A DNA stretch of 64,000 nt, taken from assembly GCA_024137785.1 (NCBI GenBank), contig JAHRHZ010000032.1, positions 13,750,400 through 13,814,399 of the forward strand. Direction: 5' to 3'. Positions within the stretch are counted from its first letter, which is position 1. Each line of letters opens with the position of its first letter. Origin of the DNA: Ginglymostoma cirratum (taxonomy: Eukaryota). Under the pieces are notes generated by a model, which had not been told where the DNA came from, ran no database searches, and worked only from the letters and a program-made list of their open reading frames with translations. A program made the translations under genes and the position numbers. Positions 12,121 through 25,347 of the stretch are shown here, in pieces.

Positions 12121-13329
12121 ACTTACACATCTCCTATACAAATCATACTTTTGACTGTCTTATATTGTGAAGTTCTTATGTGTGTATTAAGCACTATATT
12201 GCATGCATTTAAATAGAACTTTATATCATTTAAACATCTCAAAGATCTTCAGACTAACTTTAAAGCAGCGGCTGTTTTTATTGGCAAATACAGACACAAT
12301 TGTGTAACATCAGTAACCCACAGGCATGCATATTCGATGTTAATTTGTGCTGAAAGCAAAGCATTAACATGAAAAGTGTACATCAAGAACGGAGCTGATG
12401 TTGTCAAAAACTTGTTGAAATCAAATTATGATCAGTATCTGAGAAGTGTTATGTTGTATTAATTTGTACTGTGGGTGAAATTTAGTAGTCTAATATATTT
12501 TGCCACCAAATTCTCTGAAAACATTTTGCTCCATGTATTAAATGAAAGTCTGGATTTTATGACAGGTGCTATTTTATTGGATGTATTAACATAGTTATTT
12601 GAAATAGGTTACTTACACAGCCATAATGATACTAACTGGAAAATCTAGGCCCATTGATATCATGTTACCTCTCACTTTTCTTGCATGAAAACAAATCAAA
12701 TGGACATAGACTAATTTTCTTCTGTGGTTTGACATTACATTAAGTACAAAAATGCCTCTTTTGTAAAACAACAATAAAATATAATTTTAAGTGTGAATTA
12801 ACAAAGGCCAATATGTATTGGTAGGAGACAAGATTCAGGTTTTTAAATTGATAAATATCCATTGACAACAGTAGAAGAAAAGAACAACTGTAATTGTTCA
12901 TCTGACATTAAAACCACATTTATACTGACATTATTTAATTCAGATTCCAGGAATCCTTTAGCTATGTGCCAGCTCCCAAACTTTATGCTGTGATGTTGTT
13001 GTTTTATCCTTTGTCAGAGTCACAGACCCACCAAAAACTTGGTCTAATTATTTACCTTGCAAAATAAAAATCTGATTCTTGGATACCACTCTCCAAAACC
13101 TGAATTGAATCTGAACTGAGCAACAGGATCAAGCCAATTAAAAAAGCACCCACTGAATGCCATCCCATTGTTCAAAAAGGTAAACTAAATCCTCATGAAC
13201 ATCTAGGACACATTAGGTTATAAATTTAGTTAGATTATTTTAACTCTTTAGAACGTTGGTGAGTCAAAAATATGATCAAGTGAGGTAATGATAGACTTTG
13301 CTTTCGAGCATTAAGTAATTGAATAGAAA

Positions 13330-13580
13330 AAAACCATCCCTTCACTTGCTAATCAGCTGTTGACACTTTACTCACACCATCTGACACTTTTGATCACCCA
13401 CAGAGACTTGTTATTCAGCCAATCAACGCTGTACTCACACCATTTGTATGGTCTTTTGATCTGTCTGCCTATAAATTCTGTGCTTCTTCACTTCACCTGA
13501 CGAAGGAACAGCTCTCTGAAAGCTTGTGATTTCAAATAAACATGTTGGACTATAACCTGGTATCTTGTGACTTCTGATCT
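13330..13580 (+). mobile_element. 3' end of a second Penelope family with hammerhead motif (13497-13525)
   Basis: cacCTGACGAaggaacagctctctGAAAgctt followed by aataaacatgttggactataacctgg. Confidence 0.6.
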
Positions 13581-13693
13581 CTTAAAAGTTCATTGTAAGA
13601 CATGTGAGGGACTTGTTAAACTAAAGCTTGTGTTTAGTTACAACTGGCTCTTCTACTGTGTTGGTAATATACTAGTTTCATTTATTTTCTTAG

Positions 13694-13769
13694 GAAGAAA
13701 AAGTTCATTATCGATCCAGATGTCATCTTATCCAATTTATGGCAATTGGAAAAACCCAACATATGCTTG
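13694..13769 (+). CDS. Exon: cytoplasmic tail with tyrosine motifs
   Basis: tttattttcttag| acceptor, TG|gtaagt donor, phase 1-2: GRKSSLSIQMSSYPIYGNWKNPTYA (YxN and NPxY). Confidence 0.65.
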
Positions 13770-14095
13770 GTAAGTAGTCAGTCTTTTAACATGATTTTAT
13801 AACTGGATGTTAGAGTGAGATTAATGTAAATCAAAAGTTAAGAGGAGTTTTGGCAGAATCATAATGAAATACATGGCTGGAAGAACCTCCAGAGTGTTCA
13901 GATCAATAATAGTTGTAATTTTGTCAATTTATACTTTTTGCTAAAATGCCCCCAAACAACTCAACTAAATTCCACATAGAAACAAAAGAGATATAATTAA
14001 CATGCTGGATGTGCAGTTATGAAGGATTTTCCATTGCAATTCCTATTTATCCAGTATCCTGTTATTGCCAATTTTATATTACACTTTCGCTACAG

Positions 14096-14114
14096 GAAAT
14101 CATTTATGGTGAAG
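14096..14114 (+). CDS. Possible micro-exon bridging phase 2 to phase 0
   Basis: actttcgctacag|G AAA TCA TTT ATG GTG AAG|gttaga gives (W)KSFMVK and reconciles the phases of the flanking exons. Alternative donor after 14108. Confidence 0.3.
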
Positions 14115-15472
14115 GTTAGACCAATGATTATTTTACCCTCCACTCAGCTCAGAATAAAAATTAGTACTTAGGGCAATAGACATTGCTTTCATAGCATTTT
14201 TGTTAGTTTGCATTTTCAAATACGCATTCAAAGTACCAATGATCAGCTGATGGACTTGGACTAAAACAATGTAATCAGTTACTTATGTAAATTTATTCAT
14301 ATTTGCAAACTCTCCCCTGGCTGACTCAGCTGTACAGAGAGGCATTATACAGACCAGAAGGCAATAGTGAAAGGAAATTTGATAGAGGAATAGAAAGAAG
14401 TTTTTTCAGCTACCAACATGCATCCAGGATGTCTATTGCCTCCCTGTTGTCGAGATCAAGGATGGCACTGAACTCCTGGAGAACACCCTGAGGGGTGAGG
14501 GTGGGGTGAGTTGCCAGAATCCTTTATCTGTATTCGCACCAAAGGTACAGTTAGAGAGAAGGACATGGTCCTGAAGTCACTAGCTGGAATTCAAAAGTAA
14601 TAAGCGCTGGATTCTTTCTGTTAGCACTCACCAGTGTAGAAGATGAAATGGCTGGATGCATGGCTGGAAATCTGATGCATCAGAAAGAATACTGGATTCC
14701 TGAGACACTGAAATCCTCTTGCAATGAAGGCCTAAATAACGTTTGAGTCCATTTGCTTGCTGTCTACCTGCCTGTCTGCTTTCATATTTTCATTCAATAT
14801 GGAGCTTGATTGTCATCCTAATGCACATAGAGGATGATTTTTAGAGGCTCTTTTTACGCTCTTCAGAGTAAGGTTTAAAATGGAATTAAAATTATGGCTA
14901 TTCTCTCTGTTTAAGCCCAAATGACTTCTGTAGATTCAGATTATCACTTTTTGTCTGTTACTGTACCATAGTGTTATTAGCTTAGCTGTTCCTGTGCAAG
15001 GTTGTGTTTTGAATGCAAAACATGTCTGAGGCAGGCATTCTTTTTTCATGTTTAACATAGCAGATGTATCCCTTGGTTAGTACCTTGAGGGGTCTTTTAG
15101 CTTTGCCAACATAATATGCCACTTTGAAAAGAGCTGATGTAAATACTGCTTTGTTCTTCCATGGAACGGGTCCTTTGAGTAGCTAAGAACATTCTGAAAT
15201 CTGAAGCCACAGGAAAAACAACAAATTCCAATGTTATGCTTGTTAAGATGTTTGCTTAGTCTGTTGGGGATTCATTGAATCTATGGCAGGACTGGATGTG
15301 CGATGCGCATTGTTCCTTTGAATACTCAGAAAGGGCTCAGTTCCAGTGTCTTTATACTGGTTCCTTTATGCTACCTAGATAAGTATCATAAATTAGTCTC
15401 AAGCTAGTTCTTATATGCTGCAGTTTCTCTTTAGCTGCTTTTATACTGCTGTCTGTTTTGTTTAGATTTCAG

Positions 15473-15580
15473 GAGACCGGCATCTATGAGGCAGTTCCCC
15501 ACAATTGGATGACAAAATCTGGCTTCTTTACCCCAGTAACTTATGAGAAACCTGGCCTAATTTTCTCATTGCCAGAATGA
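15473..15580 (+). CDS. Terminal coding exon with tyrosine motifs
   Basis: gttttgtttagatttcag| acceptor, then ETGIYEAVPHNWMTKSGFFTPVTYEKPGLIFSLPE*. AATAAA lies ~120 bp downstream. Confidence 0.55.
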   Translation, partial: ETGIYEAVPHNWMTKSGFFTPVTYEKPGLIFSLPE

Positions 15581-15700
15581 GAGCGCCTGGTTTAATAATT
15601 TGAACATAGGCAGCCCACTCACAGATCCCGAACATCCCAGAATTTGCTCTAAATGAGCCTAAATGCAAAGCCAGCTTTACAGAGTCATTGGTTTATCACA

Positions 15701-15706
15701 AATAAA
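15701..15706 (+). terminator. Candidate polyadenylation signal
   Basis: AATAAA downstream of the stop codon ending at 15580. Confidence 0.4.
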
Positions 15707-16574
15707 GATTTTAGATATGGGTGTTCAAGTGTATCATCATGGGGTTTACCTCACATCATTTCTTGAAGTAGGGTTGATTAATTGACAAAGATTGATTGCT
15801 ATGATTGGTAAACAGTTCCATCATTATTGTGTCACAGAAAGCAACTAAAACAACTTGGTCTTTTACTGTCTAAAGAGTCATATGTTCATATGTTCCCCCT
15901 ATTGCTCCTTGGCTTCTCATTTGTCTTCTACTCTGATCCTGTTTTTATTGTCTAACTTGTCACTCTACGACTTTGCAATCTTTATCCTCTTGCCCTAAAG
16001 TTCTTTTGCTGTGCACCATGCAATCCTTATGTTGCCATTGTGCTGTTACTCATATTCCTTTTTCCACATTAGCCACCCAGTTTTGCTCTGTAATTGCCTC
16101 AGTGTGACCATGTCAGACACTATTTAATTTGGATTAACAATCATTGGATACAGTTTACCTATTCAGCTTCTCAAATTGGGCAGGATCAGATGAAAATCCT
16201 CCTTGGAAATCTTCATCAAGGAGTTAACAGCTTTGAATTGCGGGCCTCATTCTGCTGTTTTCAGACAGAGGCAGATGGTCTATGGAGGTGGTGATGATTA
16301 ACTGGTCTGGGAACTGACTGCAGACACTAAGAGAAGGCTGCGGCAGCAAAGAGAAGTTGTGAGGAGAGAGTGGAGTGAGATGATGCAAGTGTCTCCCACT
16401 GAAGAAAAACAACGGATGATTCCCTAAACAGCAAAGTCTCAGACTTCCCTTGTGCGACCCAGAGAATAGCTCTGCTTCTTCAAGCCGCATAGAGGAAAAT
16501 GCTTTCATATTAGAGGGAAGCTACCCTCTAGCTTCCAACAAGATTAGTTTACAAATATATATTTGATAGAGAAA

Positions 16575-17770
16575 TGAATACAGAAACAGAGTTAATGGTT
16601 CGAGTGTGACTCTTGTTCAGAACTGAAAGGACCTAGAACATGATTTTTCTGCTGTTGACAGAAGGAATGTAATAGCAAGTGGAATAGATGGTGAGAGTGC
16701 CCAGAGCAAAACACAAAGGGAATGCTAATGGTAGTAGAGGAACAATATAGATATAGAATAGATGTTAATTGTCGATGCAAATAGTGGAAAATAGATCGGT
16801 TCTGCTGGGAGTAAGACACTGGGGAAGGGGTGTAATCAAAATGGATGTAAGTGTTTACCATCTGAAGTCGTTGAACTTAATTTTGAGTCCTGAAGGTTGT
16901 AAAGTAGCTAAATGGAAGATGAACTGCTGTTCCTCCAACTTGCATTAGGTTGCACTGGAACTCTACGTCAGGCCGAGGACAGAAATGTTAGGTCAGGAGC
17001 AAGATGGTGTTTTGAAATAGAAGGTCAGGATCTTCTTTACGACAGAGCAGAAGTGTTCCACAAAAGAGTCAACCAGTCTGAGTTTGGCCTTACCAATGGA
17101 AAGAATAGTGTAGTATGAGCATTGAATACAGGAGACTAGATTGAAAGAAGTGTAATTAAATTGCTGTTTTCCTGGAAGATGTGTTTTGGATGTTGGACAG
17201 TGAGGAAGGACGACATAAACAGGCAAGGTGGGTGGGGGAACATTGCATGGGAAGTTGCCATGCAGGTATAAAGAGGTGTTAGGAGCATCAGTGGAGCAGT
17301 CCAGGATATCATGGAAAGAATAGTTCCTGAGGAATGATGACAAGGAAGGAGAAGGCGAAATGTGTTTAGTGCTATCATCTTACTGGAGGCAATGGAAGTG
17401 ATAAAGGATGATCCTCTGTATGTGGGAGTTGGTACGGTGGAAAGAGAGGACAAAGGGAATCTTATCGTTCTTCTGCAAGAGAGAGGACATGAAGTGAAGG
17501 CAGAAATGCAGGAAATGGGTCAGATGTAGTTGATGGTCCTGCCAACCAAAATTGAGGAGAATTTTTGGTTGGGAGAAAAGGGGGAATGTGTCAGAGGCAC
17601 AGATGTAACGGAGGCAGAGAATCAGGGAAAGTGGAATGAAGTATGTACAGAAAGCTGGGGATGAGGAAGCATAGAACAGGTAACTGTGTAAGTTGGTGGG
17701 TTTGTAATGGATACTGGTGGACAGCCAATCCCCAGAAATAGAATATAGAAGTCAAAGAAGGGAAGGCAAA
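16575..17770 (-). mobile_element. Old Penelope-like element remnant
   Basis: Minus ORF 16993-17343 MSSFLRNYSF...LVSCIQCSYYTILSIGKAKLRLVDSFVEHFCSV parallels the GIY-YIG region of the younger copies. Confidence 0.75.
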
Positions 17771-17789
17771 AGTCAAACACAGGCTAGAT

Positions 17790-18915
17790 GAAGGTGCTGC
17801 ACCTACCTGTCTAGGTTCATTGATTGGAGTACAAAGACACTCAGATTCTTTTGTACCTTCACAGTTCCCCATATAGCACCATTTGAATAATAGTCTGGCT
17901 TTTTTTTTCACACCAAAGTGTATAGATTCACATTTAACCACATTGCACTGTATCTGCGATGTGTTTCCTCAGTCACTCAACTTGTCTAAATCACCATGAA
18001 TCCTCCTTGCATTCTCCTCATAATTCACAATCCCACCTAGTTTTCAGTTGTCAACAAATTTGGAAATGTTGCATTTTGTTCCCTCAGCTAGGTCAGTTAC
18101 ATATATCGTAAATAGCTGAGGCCCAAGCACTGATCACTGAGGTGGTCTACTAGTTACTACCTGTCACTTAGAAAAATAAATGATCCCTTTCTGTTTCCTG
18201 ACTGACAACCAATTCTCAATCCAAGCCAATTTATATATATAATACTTTAAAGTTGCCCACTCTTACGAGGGACTTTATCAAAAACCTTCTGAAAATCCAA
18301 ATATACCACATCCACTGGTTCTTCTTTATCTAATCTACTTGTTACATCCTCAAAACTCCAGTAAAATTGTTAAATTTAGTTGCCTTTCATAAACCCATAC
18401 TGGCTTTGTTCAATCCCATAATGTTATCCAAATGTTCTGTTATTGATTTTTTTTTAATAATAGACTCTAGCATTTTCCCTACCATTGATGTTAGACTAAC
18501 TAATTTGTAATTCTCTGATGTTTCTTTCTTTTCTTTTCAAATAATGAGGAAACATTTGGAACACTTCAATCTGGAGGAATTGCTCTAAAGTCTAGAGAAT
18601 TCTGGAAGATAACCACCAATGCATCTAATATTTCCAGGGCCGCTCCCTTTAATACTTTGGGATGTAATTTATCAGGGCCTGGTCAACCTTTAAGTTCATT
18701 AATTTCTCCAGCACAATTTTCTTACCGGTACTGATTTCCTTTAATTCCTCCTTCTCACTTGACTCATGGCTCCCTGACATTTCTGGAAGGTTATTTGCGT
18801 CACTTTTGTGAAGACAGAATCAAAGTGTATTTTCAATTCTTCTGTCATTTGTTTGGGTTCCCATTATAATTTCTCCATCTTCTGACTGTAAAAGACTTAC
18901 ATTTGTCTTTACTAA
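17790..18915 (-). mobile_element. Old CR1 LINE remnant (continues at ~19845-19910)
   Basis: Minus-strand DVVYLDFQKVFDKVP and KCESIHFG motifs. Confidence 0.75.
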
Positions 18916-18916
18916 T

Positions 18917-19843
18917 ACAGTCATACAGTACAGAAACAGACCCTTTGGTCCAACTCGTCCATGCTGACCAGACTTCCCAATCTGATCTTGTCCCATTCGC
19001 CAGCATTTGGCTCATATCACTCTAACCCTTCCCATTCATATACCCATTCATTTGCCTCTTAAATGTTGTAATTTTACCCACCTCCACCACTTCCTCTGGT
19101 AATTCATTCCATATATGCACCACCATCTGCATGAACATGTTACACCTTAGGTCCTTTTAAATCTTACCCCTCTCACCTTAAACTTATACCCTCTAGTTTT
19201 AGACTCCGCCACCCTAGGAAAAGATCTTGGCTTTTCATCATATCCATGTCTCTTATGATTTTTAACCTTCTATAAGATAACCCCCCCGTCTCTGACAATC
19301 TTGGGGGGAAAAAGCTCCAGTCAATTTAGCCGCTCCCTATAACTCAAACCATCCAGACCCAACAACATTGTTGTGAATCTTTTCTGCACCCTTTCAAGTT
19401 TAACAATATCCTTCCTATAGAAGGGTGACCAGAATTGTATGCAGTATTCTGAAAGTGACCTCACCAATGTCCCACACAGCTGCAACATTACCTTCCAACT
19501 CCTGTACTCAATGTTTCGTCCAATGAAGGCACGCATGCCACATGCCTTCTTCACCACCCTGTTTACCTGCAACTCCACTTTCAAGATGCTATGCAAGTGG
19601 ACCCCCAGCCCTCTTTGTTCGGCAACACTCCCCAGGGCCCTACTATTAAGCGTATAAGCCCCGCCCTGGTTTGACTCATCAAAATACAACACCTCACATT
19701 TATCTAAATTAACCTCCATATGCCACTCCTCAGCCCTTTGGCTCACCTGACTAAGGTCCCATTGTGCACTGACATAATCTTCTTCACTGTTCACTACACC
19801 ACCAATTTTGGTGTCCCCTGAAAACTTGCTAACCATGCCTCAC
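18917..19843 (-). mobile_element. CR1/HER1 LINE 3' fragment nested in an older CR1
   Basis: ORF 19321-19836 SKFSGDTKIGG...LERVQKRFT; HER1-type tail at the left end. Confidence 0.9.
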
Positions 19844-19914
19844 ATCTTGTTTCCTCTTCACATATTTATAGAAACACTTTATAGTCAGTTTCTATGTTCC
19901 TTGCAATTTTAATT

Positions 19915-22700
19915 GCTGTTGCAAGGACATTTTGTACGCATGGACAAAGACTCAGCTCATGGCTTAGACCAGGTCACATCTCAGGTCCACTCACCTGATC
20001 TCATTGCGCTCATTCATTCATTATCTACCTGGATGTTTGTAGCCTTGATGCCTTGCCATACCATACCATGCATGTTAGTGCAGTCACACAGCCAGGCAGT
20101 GTGACCTATTGGTCAGCAGCCCTCAGTTAAGGGGTGTACTTCTTGCTGTATGGTACCATGTCAAGTCAATCTGACACTTGCACTGTGCGCTAGCAGCTTA
20201 CTCAGCAATCACACTGCAAATGCAACAAGCAAGTAGCCGTGACTCAAAGTGTTAGGGGAATAGTCCTCACTGAAGTACATGGAGGCACCCATCAGTCCCA
20301 GCACAGTGGGTAATGTTCAGCCTCTGATACCATTCAGGGTAAATGTTTGACCTGTGAGGGAGTAGGGCGCCAGACTCAATGATTGCGAGGCCCTTTAAAG
20401 GGAAAGAACATTACACACTATGTACAGGACACAAACCTGAAGGGATCCTCATCCCTGGCAATCCTAATGTATTAGCTCACTGTCTGCTACATACCTCTCT
20501 GCCCAACACTGCTGACCATTTCACTCACATCAACACCTTTATACATAGAAGCCAGGGAAAGAATAAGGATGCTTGACCAAAATGAGTAATGGTGTCGCAG
20601 AACCCATTGCCCTACATACTTCTGCATGATGCAGCAGGCTCTCTCAACACAGACATTGATCCATGATACATTCTGTATGGACACAAAGTTTGGCATCATG
20701 ATGGTGAAGTTACATTCAGACGTGCACAAGAGTCAAACAAACAGATATAATACAAAAACAATCAGCTTTATACAAGCGTGAGGCTTCATATACAGTGCTT
20801 TTTCATCTGTGCCGCAAACATATCCTCAGTAAGCTTCTTTTCCTTTTCTCCCTCCCACTGGTCTTATCACTGTTCAAAGATTCAGCAGCTGGAGTAGAGG
20901 GAACCTGCCCAGCAGTAGAGCCTGTTGACTCTGGAGGTTTGGTTGGGTGACCCCCAGGGTATTTGTGCCTGATGTCCTGAGAGTCCTCTTACCGGAGGCA
21001 AGTGGACCCTCCTTGGCCTGAAATTCTAAGGGTCACAGGGGTGCTGGCTGAGTAGAGATGGAGGGTCCAGCCACCTTTGGCGTATTCTGAGAGGACGCTC
21101 CTGAGGGATCTGTGTGTGGTTTCTCCACTTTTTGCCTCTTAGTATCACCCAGCCTCCTTATGAAGAAGGGACACCTGGAAATCATGCCAGATTCCTTTTT
21201 CCCTTGTCTCCATGCCTTCAGTCCCGAGGATCAGTACCTGGGGTGATGGAGAGCAGTGGGTAAATGTATCCAGCAGATCTTAAGTGTGATGGACTAGTTT
21301 TCCATGGCAGCTTCTAGTATGTTCATAGAGGCAGAGAGATAGTTGCATGCTTAGCCAGCTGGGTCCCCATCGTATAACTGCTCTCCTGCAGCTTCTGGGT
21401 AAAGAGATCCATTGCCTCCTACATATCTGCCTGCCAATCCTGTTCCCCCCTGTGCATTTAGAGGAAGTCCCTGATTGCCAACACACTGGGCTGTCTCCTA
21501 CCTGGGACTGTACAGGTACCTGATCTCTGACAGCCCAATTGTCAGCAATCTGGAACCTTTCTTCCCAGACATGTCACTGTGAGGTGCTCACCAGATTGTG
21601 CTCTCAACCTTCCAAAGGCTTACATTCCAGTTGGCGTGTCATTACCTGAGCTGGTGGGAGGTGTAGGAGGCAGCCTTATTGATGCTTCCTCTGAGTCCTT
21701 GGTATTCCTCCCTAAAACATTAAGGAGGTGGCTTCTAATGCAGCTGGCCATTCATGTAGAGATCATGGACATCCCACTGCGGACCTGCAAAACAAAAGAC
21801 AGAAGACATTACAGCCAGTGGTTATAACTAGTGTGCTGTTATAACTGACAGTGGGGCTGACAGCGTGGTATTTGATCAGTTGGAGGAACATGGATGTCTT
21901 GACATTGTTGCAGGAGCAATGCTGGTCTTTTTCTGTGAGCGACAGAATTCCCCTCATAATGATCAGACATACTCCATCTGTACTTGCCCTTTCTGCCTTA
22001 CTATGGACCATCTTCTGCTAGAATGAGAGAAAAGGAAAAAATGAACAAGCCAAATGCAAATGAAATTTCCGTTAGTGCTGGTGGAAATGTGATAAGGTGT
22101 TGCAAGAGAGTGAGTAGGCAGTGGAGAGGTTGTGCAGAGTTAGTAGTGTGGTGAGCTTGAAGGGATTTGGAGTGAGTGAGGGAAAATGTTACAGGCAATT
22201 GTGAGAGTGCTAAAGCATGTGGGTGCAGTAACAGATATAGAGCGAGTGTGAGATACAAGATAAAAGAGTGTGGCATTTACCCTGGTGGAGCAGAAAAGGT
22301 CATTGACCTACTTGTGGCACTGCTGGCCATCCCACCTTCCTGTGGAGACCACACTGAGCCAGATTTCAAGCTCAGACCAGGCTACCATGATCTGGTACCA
22401 TGTAATTCTCTGCTGGTCCTCCAGGACGGGGACACTTCTCTGCACCATTAGGACCTCCTGGCCCTGTTGCAGAATTACTGCATTATCTTTCCCATTGCTG
22501 ATATACTCACAATGCTTTTATCAGCAAAAGCACTGGGAAGGTGTGATATGTGCTTGTCTGGGTGCACAATAGCCTTTTAAATACAGCATGGATACCAGGG
22601 GTTTAGTCTTTCAGTAGATATCTGTTGTGTAACTTGTTATTTAGGGAAATGGTTAATGGCAAGATGGGGCTAGATTGGAGAGGAGGGCCACCTTAGGGGT
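19915..22700 (-). mobile_element. PIF/Harbinger DNA transposon remnant (spliced Myb/SANT gene on minus strand)
   Basis: QCHK*VNDLFCSTR|gtaaat at ~22281-22322; next exon QKMVHSKAERASTDG at ~22017. Confidence 0.55.
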
Positions 22701-22786
22701 GGAATATATAATTAATGAGTCCAATTTGGTAAGATGTGCCTATCATTTACTGATTCACAATTATTACTTGTGTGTTTTGTAGTCCC

Positions 22787-22997
22787 AAACAAAGCAAAAA
22801 TTGCTGGGAAAACTCAAAACGTTTGACAGCATTTGCGGAAAGAAAACAGAATTAACGTTTTGGCTCCAATGATCTTTAGTTTTGAAGTAGGGTCACTGGA
22901 TCTGAAACATTAACTCTGCTTTCTCTGCACAGATGCTGCCAGACCTGCTGAGTTTTTCCAGCAATTTCTGTTTTTTGTTTCTGATTTCTAGCATCTT
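22787..22997. mobile_element. Miniature fold-back Penelope-tail element
   Basis: Inverted arms (aaattgctgggaaaactca... and ...tgagtttttccagcaattt), decayed hammerhead centre, imperfect ~19-bp flank duplication ctt(g/a)tgtgtt...ccca. Confidence 0.6.
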
Positions 22998-23157
22998 CAG
23001 TTCTTTGTTTTCTTTCCTTATGTGTTATGATCCCAACTGATTATAATACTGGGCAAATCAGATCCCAGAATGGCTTGATAGACCATGTATTTATTCTTTG
23101 AAATTGATTAACATGATGGTTAGTCAGTGAAACATAATCACACAAGGCAGATATTAG

Positions 23158-24012
23158 AGTCTTAGAGTCATACAGCACGGAAACAGACCTTTTGGACTAA
23201 CCAGTCCCATGCCTAACATAATCCCAAACTAAACTAGACCCACTTGCCTGCTCCTGGCCCATATCTCTCCAAACCTTTCCTATTCATGTACTTATCCAAA
23301 TGTCTTTTAAACGTTGTAATTGTACCCACATCCACCACTTTCTCAGGAAGTTCATTCCACACACAAACCATCCTCTGTGTAAAAAAAAAAGCTTCTTATG
23401 TCTTTTTTAAATCTCTCCTCTCTCACTTTAAAAATTTGCCCCCTAGTCTTGAAATCCCCCATCCTAGGGAAAAGACGACTACCATTAACTCTATCTATAG
23501 CTGTCATTATTTTATATACTTCTATAAGGTCACCCCTCAACCTCCTAATACCCCAGTGAAAAAAGTCCCAGCCTATCCAGCCTTTCTTTATAACTCAAAC
23601 CTGCATATCAGCAACATCCTGGTAAATCTCTTCTGAACCTTGTCTAGCTTTATAATATCCTTCCTAGAACTGGGCTACCAGAACTGGACACAGTATTCCA
23701 GAAGAGGCATCATCAATGCCTGTACAATCTCAACATGACTTCCCAACTCCTATACTCAAAGGATTGAACAACAGAGACAAGTGTACTAAACGTCTTTTTA
23801 ATTACCTTGTCTACATATGGCACAAACTTCAAAGAATTATGTACCTGCACCCCTAGGTCCCTCTGTTCTACAACACTACCCAAGGCCCTACCATTAATTG
23901 TATACACCCTACCCCTATTTGTTGTATCAAAATGCAATACATCACACTTGTCCAGATTGAAATCCATTTGCCATTTTTTGGCCCATTGACCCATTTGATT
24001 AAGATCCCTTTG
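23158..24012 (-). mobile_element. CR1/HER1 LINE 3' fragment
   Basis: ORFs MGQWAKKWQMDFNLDKCDVLHF and MRGDLIEVYKIM; tail agagtcatacagcacggaaac. Confidence 0.9.
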
Positions 24013-24079
24013 AAATAAGCAAAGCTGTATGACAGTTAGAAATCTCTTTTCATTTTTGGCTAAGTGTGAGTTGTATTGA

Positions 24080-24540
24080 GTTTTCTGGAAGGTTTATTAA
24101 CATGAGGATTAATGAGATAGTGAGGAAAGATTGGATAGGCTCATATTATTTGCCTTAGAACAGCAAAGGTTGACAGGGGACCTGATGTAAGTATATAGGA
24201 TTATGAAGGTGTAAATAGGATGGGTAGAATAGCACATTTCCATGAGTAGAGTGTTCAGTAACTATGGGGCATAGATTTAAGGTAAAATGTAGAAGGTAAA
24301 GAGGGGGTTTTAGGAGAATCATTTTTAATTAAAGGGTTATAGGTGTCTAGAATTGACTGCCTAAAAGCATGGTGAAAATAAACCTGATTTAGTGTTCTGA
24401 TATTCATGTGCATTCCCATAGCCTCCAGGATTATGGTCCAAATTTTGGAAAATGGATTAGTGTAGTCAGATCTTTGTTGACTGGCACTGATATGATGGCT
24501 CAAATGGCCTATTTCTGTGTAACAAAATTCTATGAGTCTA
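24080..24540 (+). mobile_element. CR1 LINE 3' end, decayed
   Basis: ggggacctgatgtaagtatataggattatg...ggcctatttctgtg...ttctatgagtctat. Confidence 0.65.
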
Positions 24541-24759
24541 TACAAGTATAATCCTTTGATGTCCCCATGTATCCTTGATATCCAATATTTTCACAATCAC
24601 TATATACAGAACAATTGATTACTGGCAAGTCTGGCAAGTCATTTAAATGCTGCTGAAACTGCCACAATTAGCAAAGAGACAATGAAAATATCCATTAGAA
24701 AAGAAACTGCTCATCTGAGAGTCTAGTAAAAGCTGAAAGTCAAATATTTGGCAGTTTGT

Positions 24760-25347
24760 TCAATTTGCATCATTGACATAAATGCAAACAGCCAAATTAT
24801 GAATGCTGGGCTTTGTTCCAGCAATAACTAACGACCTCAGTCGTGTAGGTGGCGTTGAAACAACTTGTACATTGTTGACATAGGAGACTGATGACTTTGT
24901 TCTTTTGGCATCTTTACTTCGTAATCTTTCTTTAAAGAGTCTCTTTTTTCCCATTATCTATGTATTTATTTGCATAATGTTATGAAGTCGGACATTGATT
25001 AAAGTAATGGTACAATGAATGGTTTTGACAACTTTATGAGAAGGTAATCTAGTCAATGTAATTTAAAGGGAATGCTGAGAGTCTTTTGTTTCCCACCTCA
25101 GGACAAATAATCCCCTCATGGTTAATGGCTCCCTAGCTATAAAATATGTCGATTTAACAGAATTGCTCTGGCTCCATCAAAATTAAGTGAGAATTTAAAT
25201 GCTCACCTTTTAACGGAGCCAACAAATTCTACTTATGACTAATGCTGGTCAAAACAAAATTCTGGTAATAGAATTGGAAGCAGCAATTCTGGAATTGGGT
25301 CCTCTCTGCTATTTTGAAGTTTCCTTCACCCAAATCTGTGTCATTGA
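24760..25347 (-). pseudogene. Possible decayed membrane-protein gene: TM-like exon (25347-25207) plus terminal exon (24957-24760)
   Basis: Strong acceptor ctctttcattttag| and donor AAG|gtgagc, 141 bp; phase-0 frame ...IAASNSITRILF*PALVISRICWLR*K has three stops. The terminal ORF carries SYVNN and IYVND. Confidence 0.35.
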
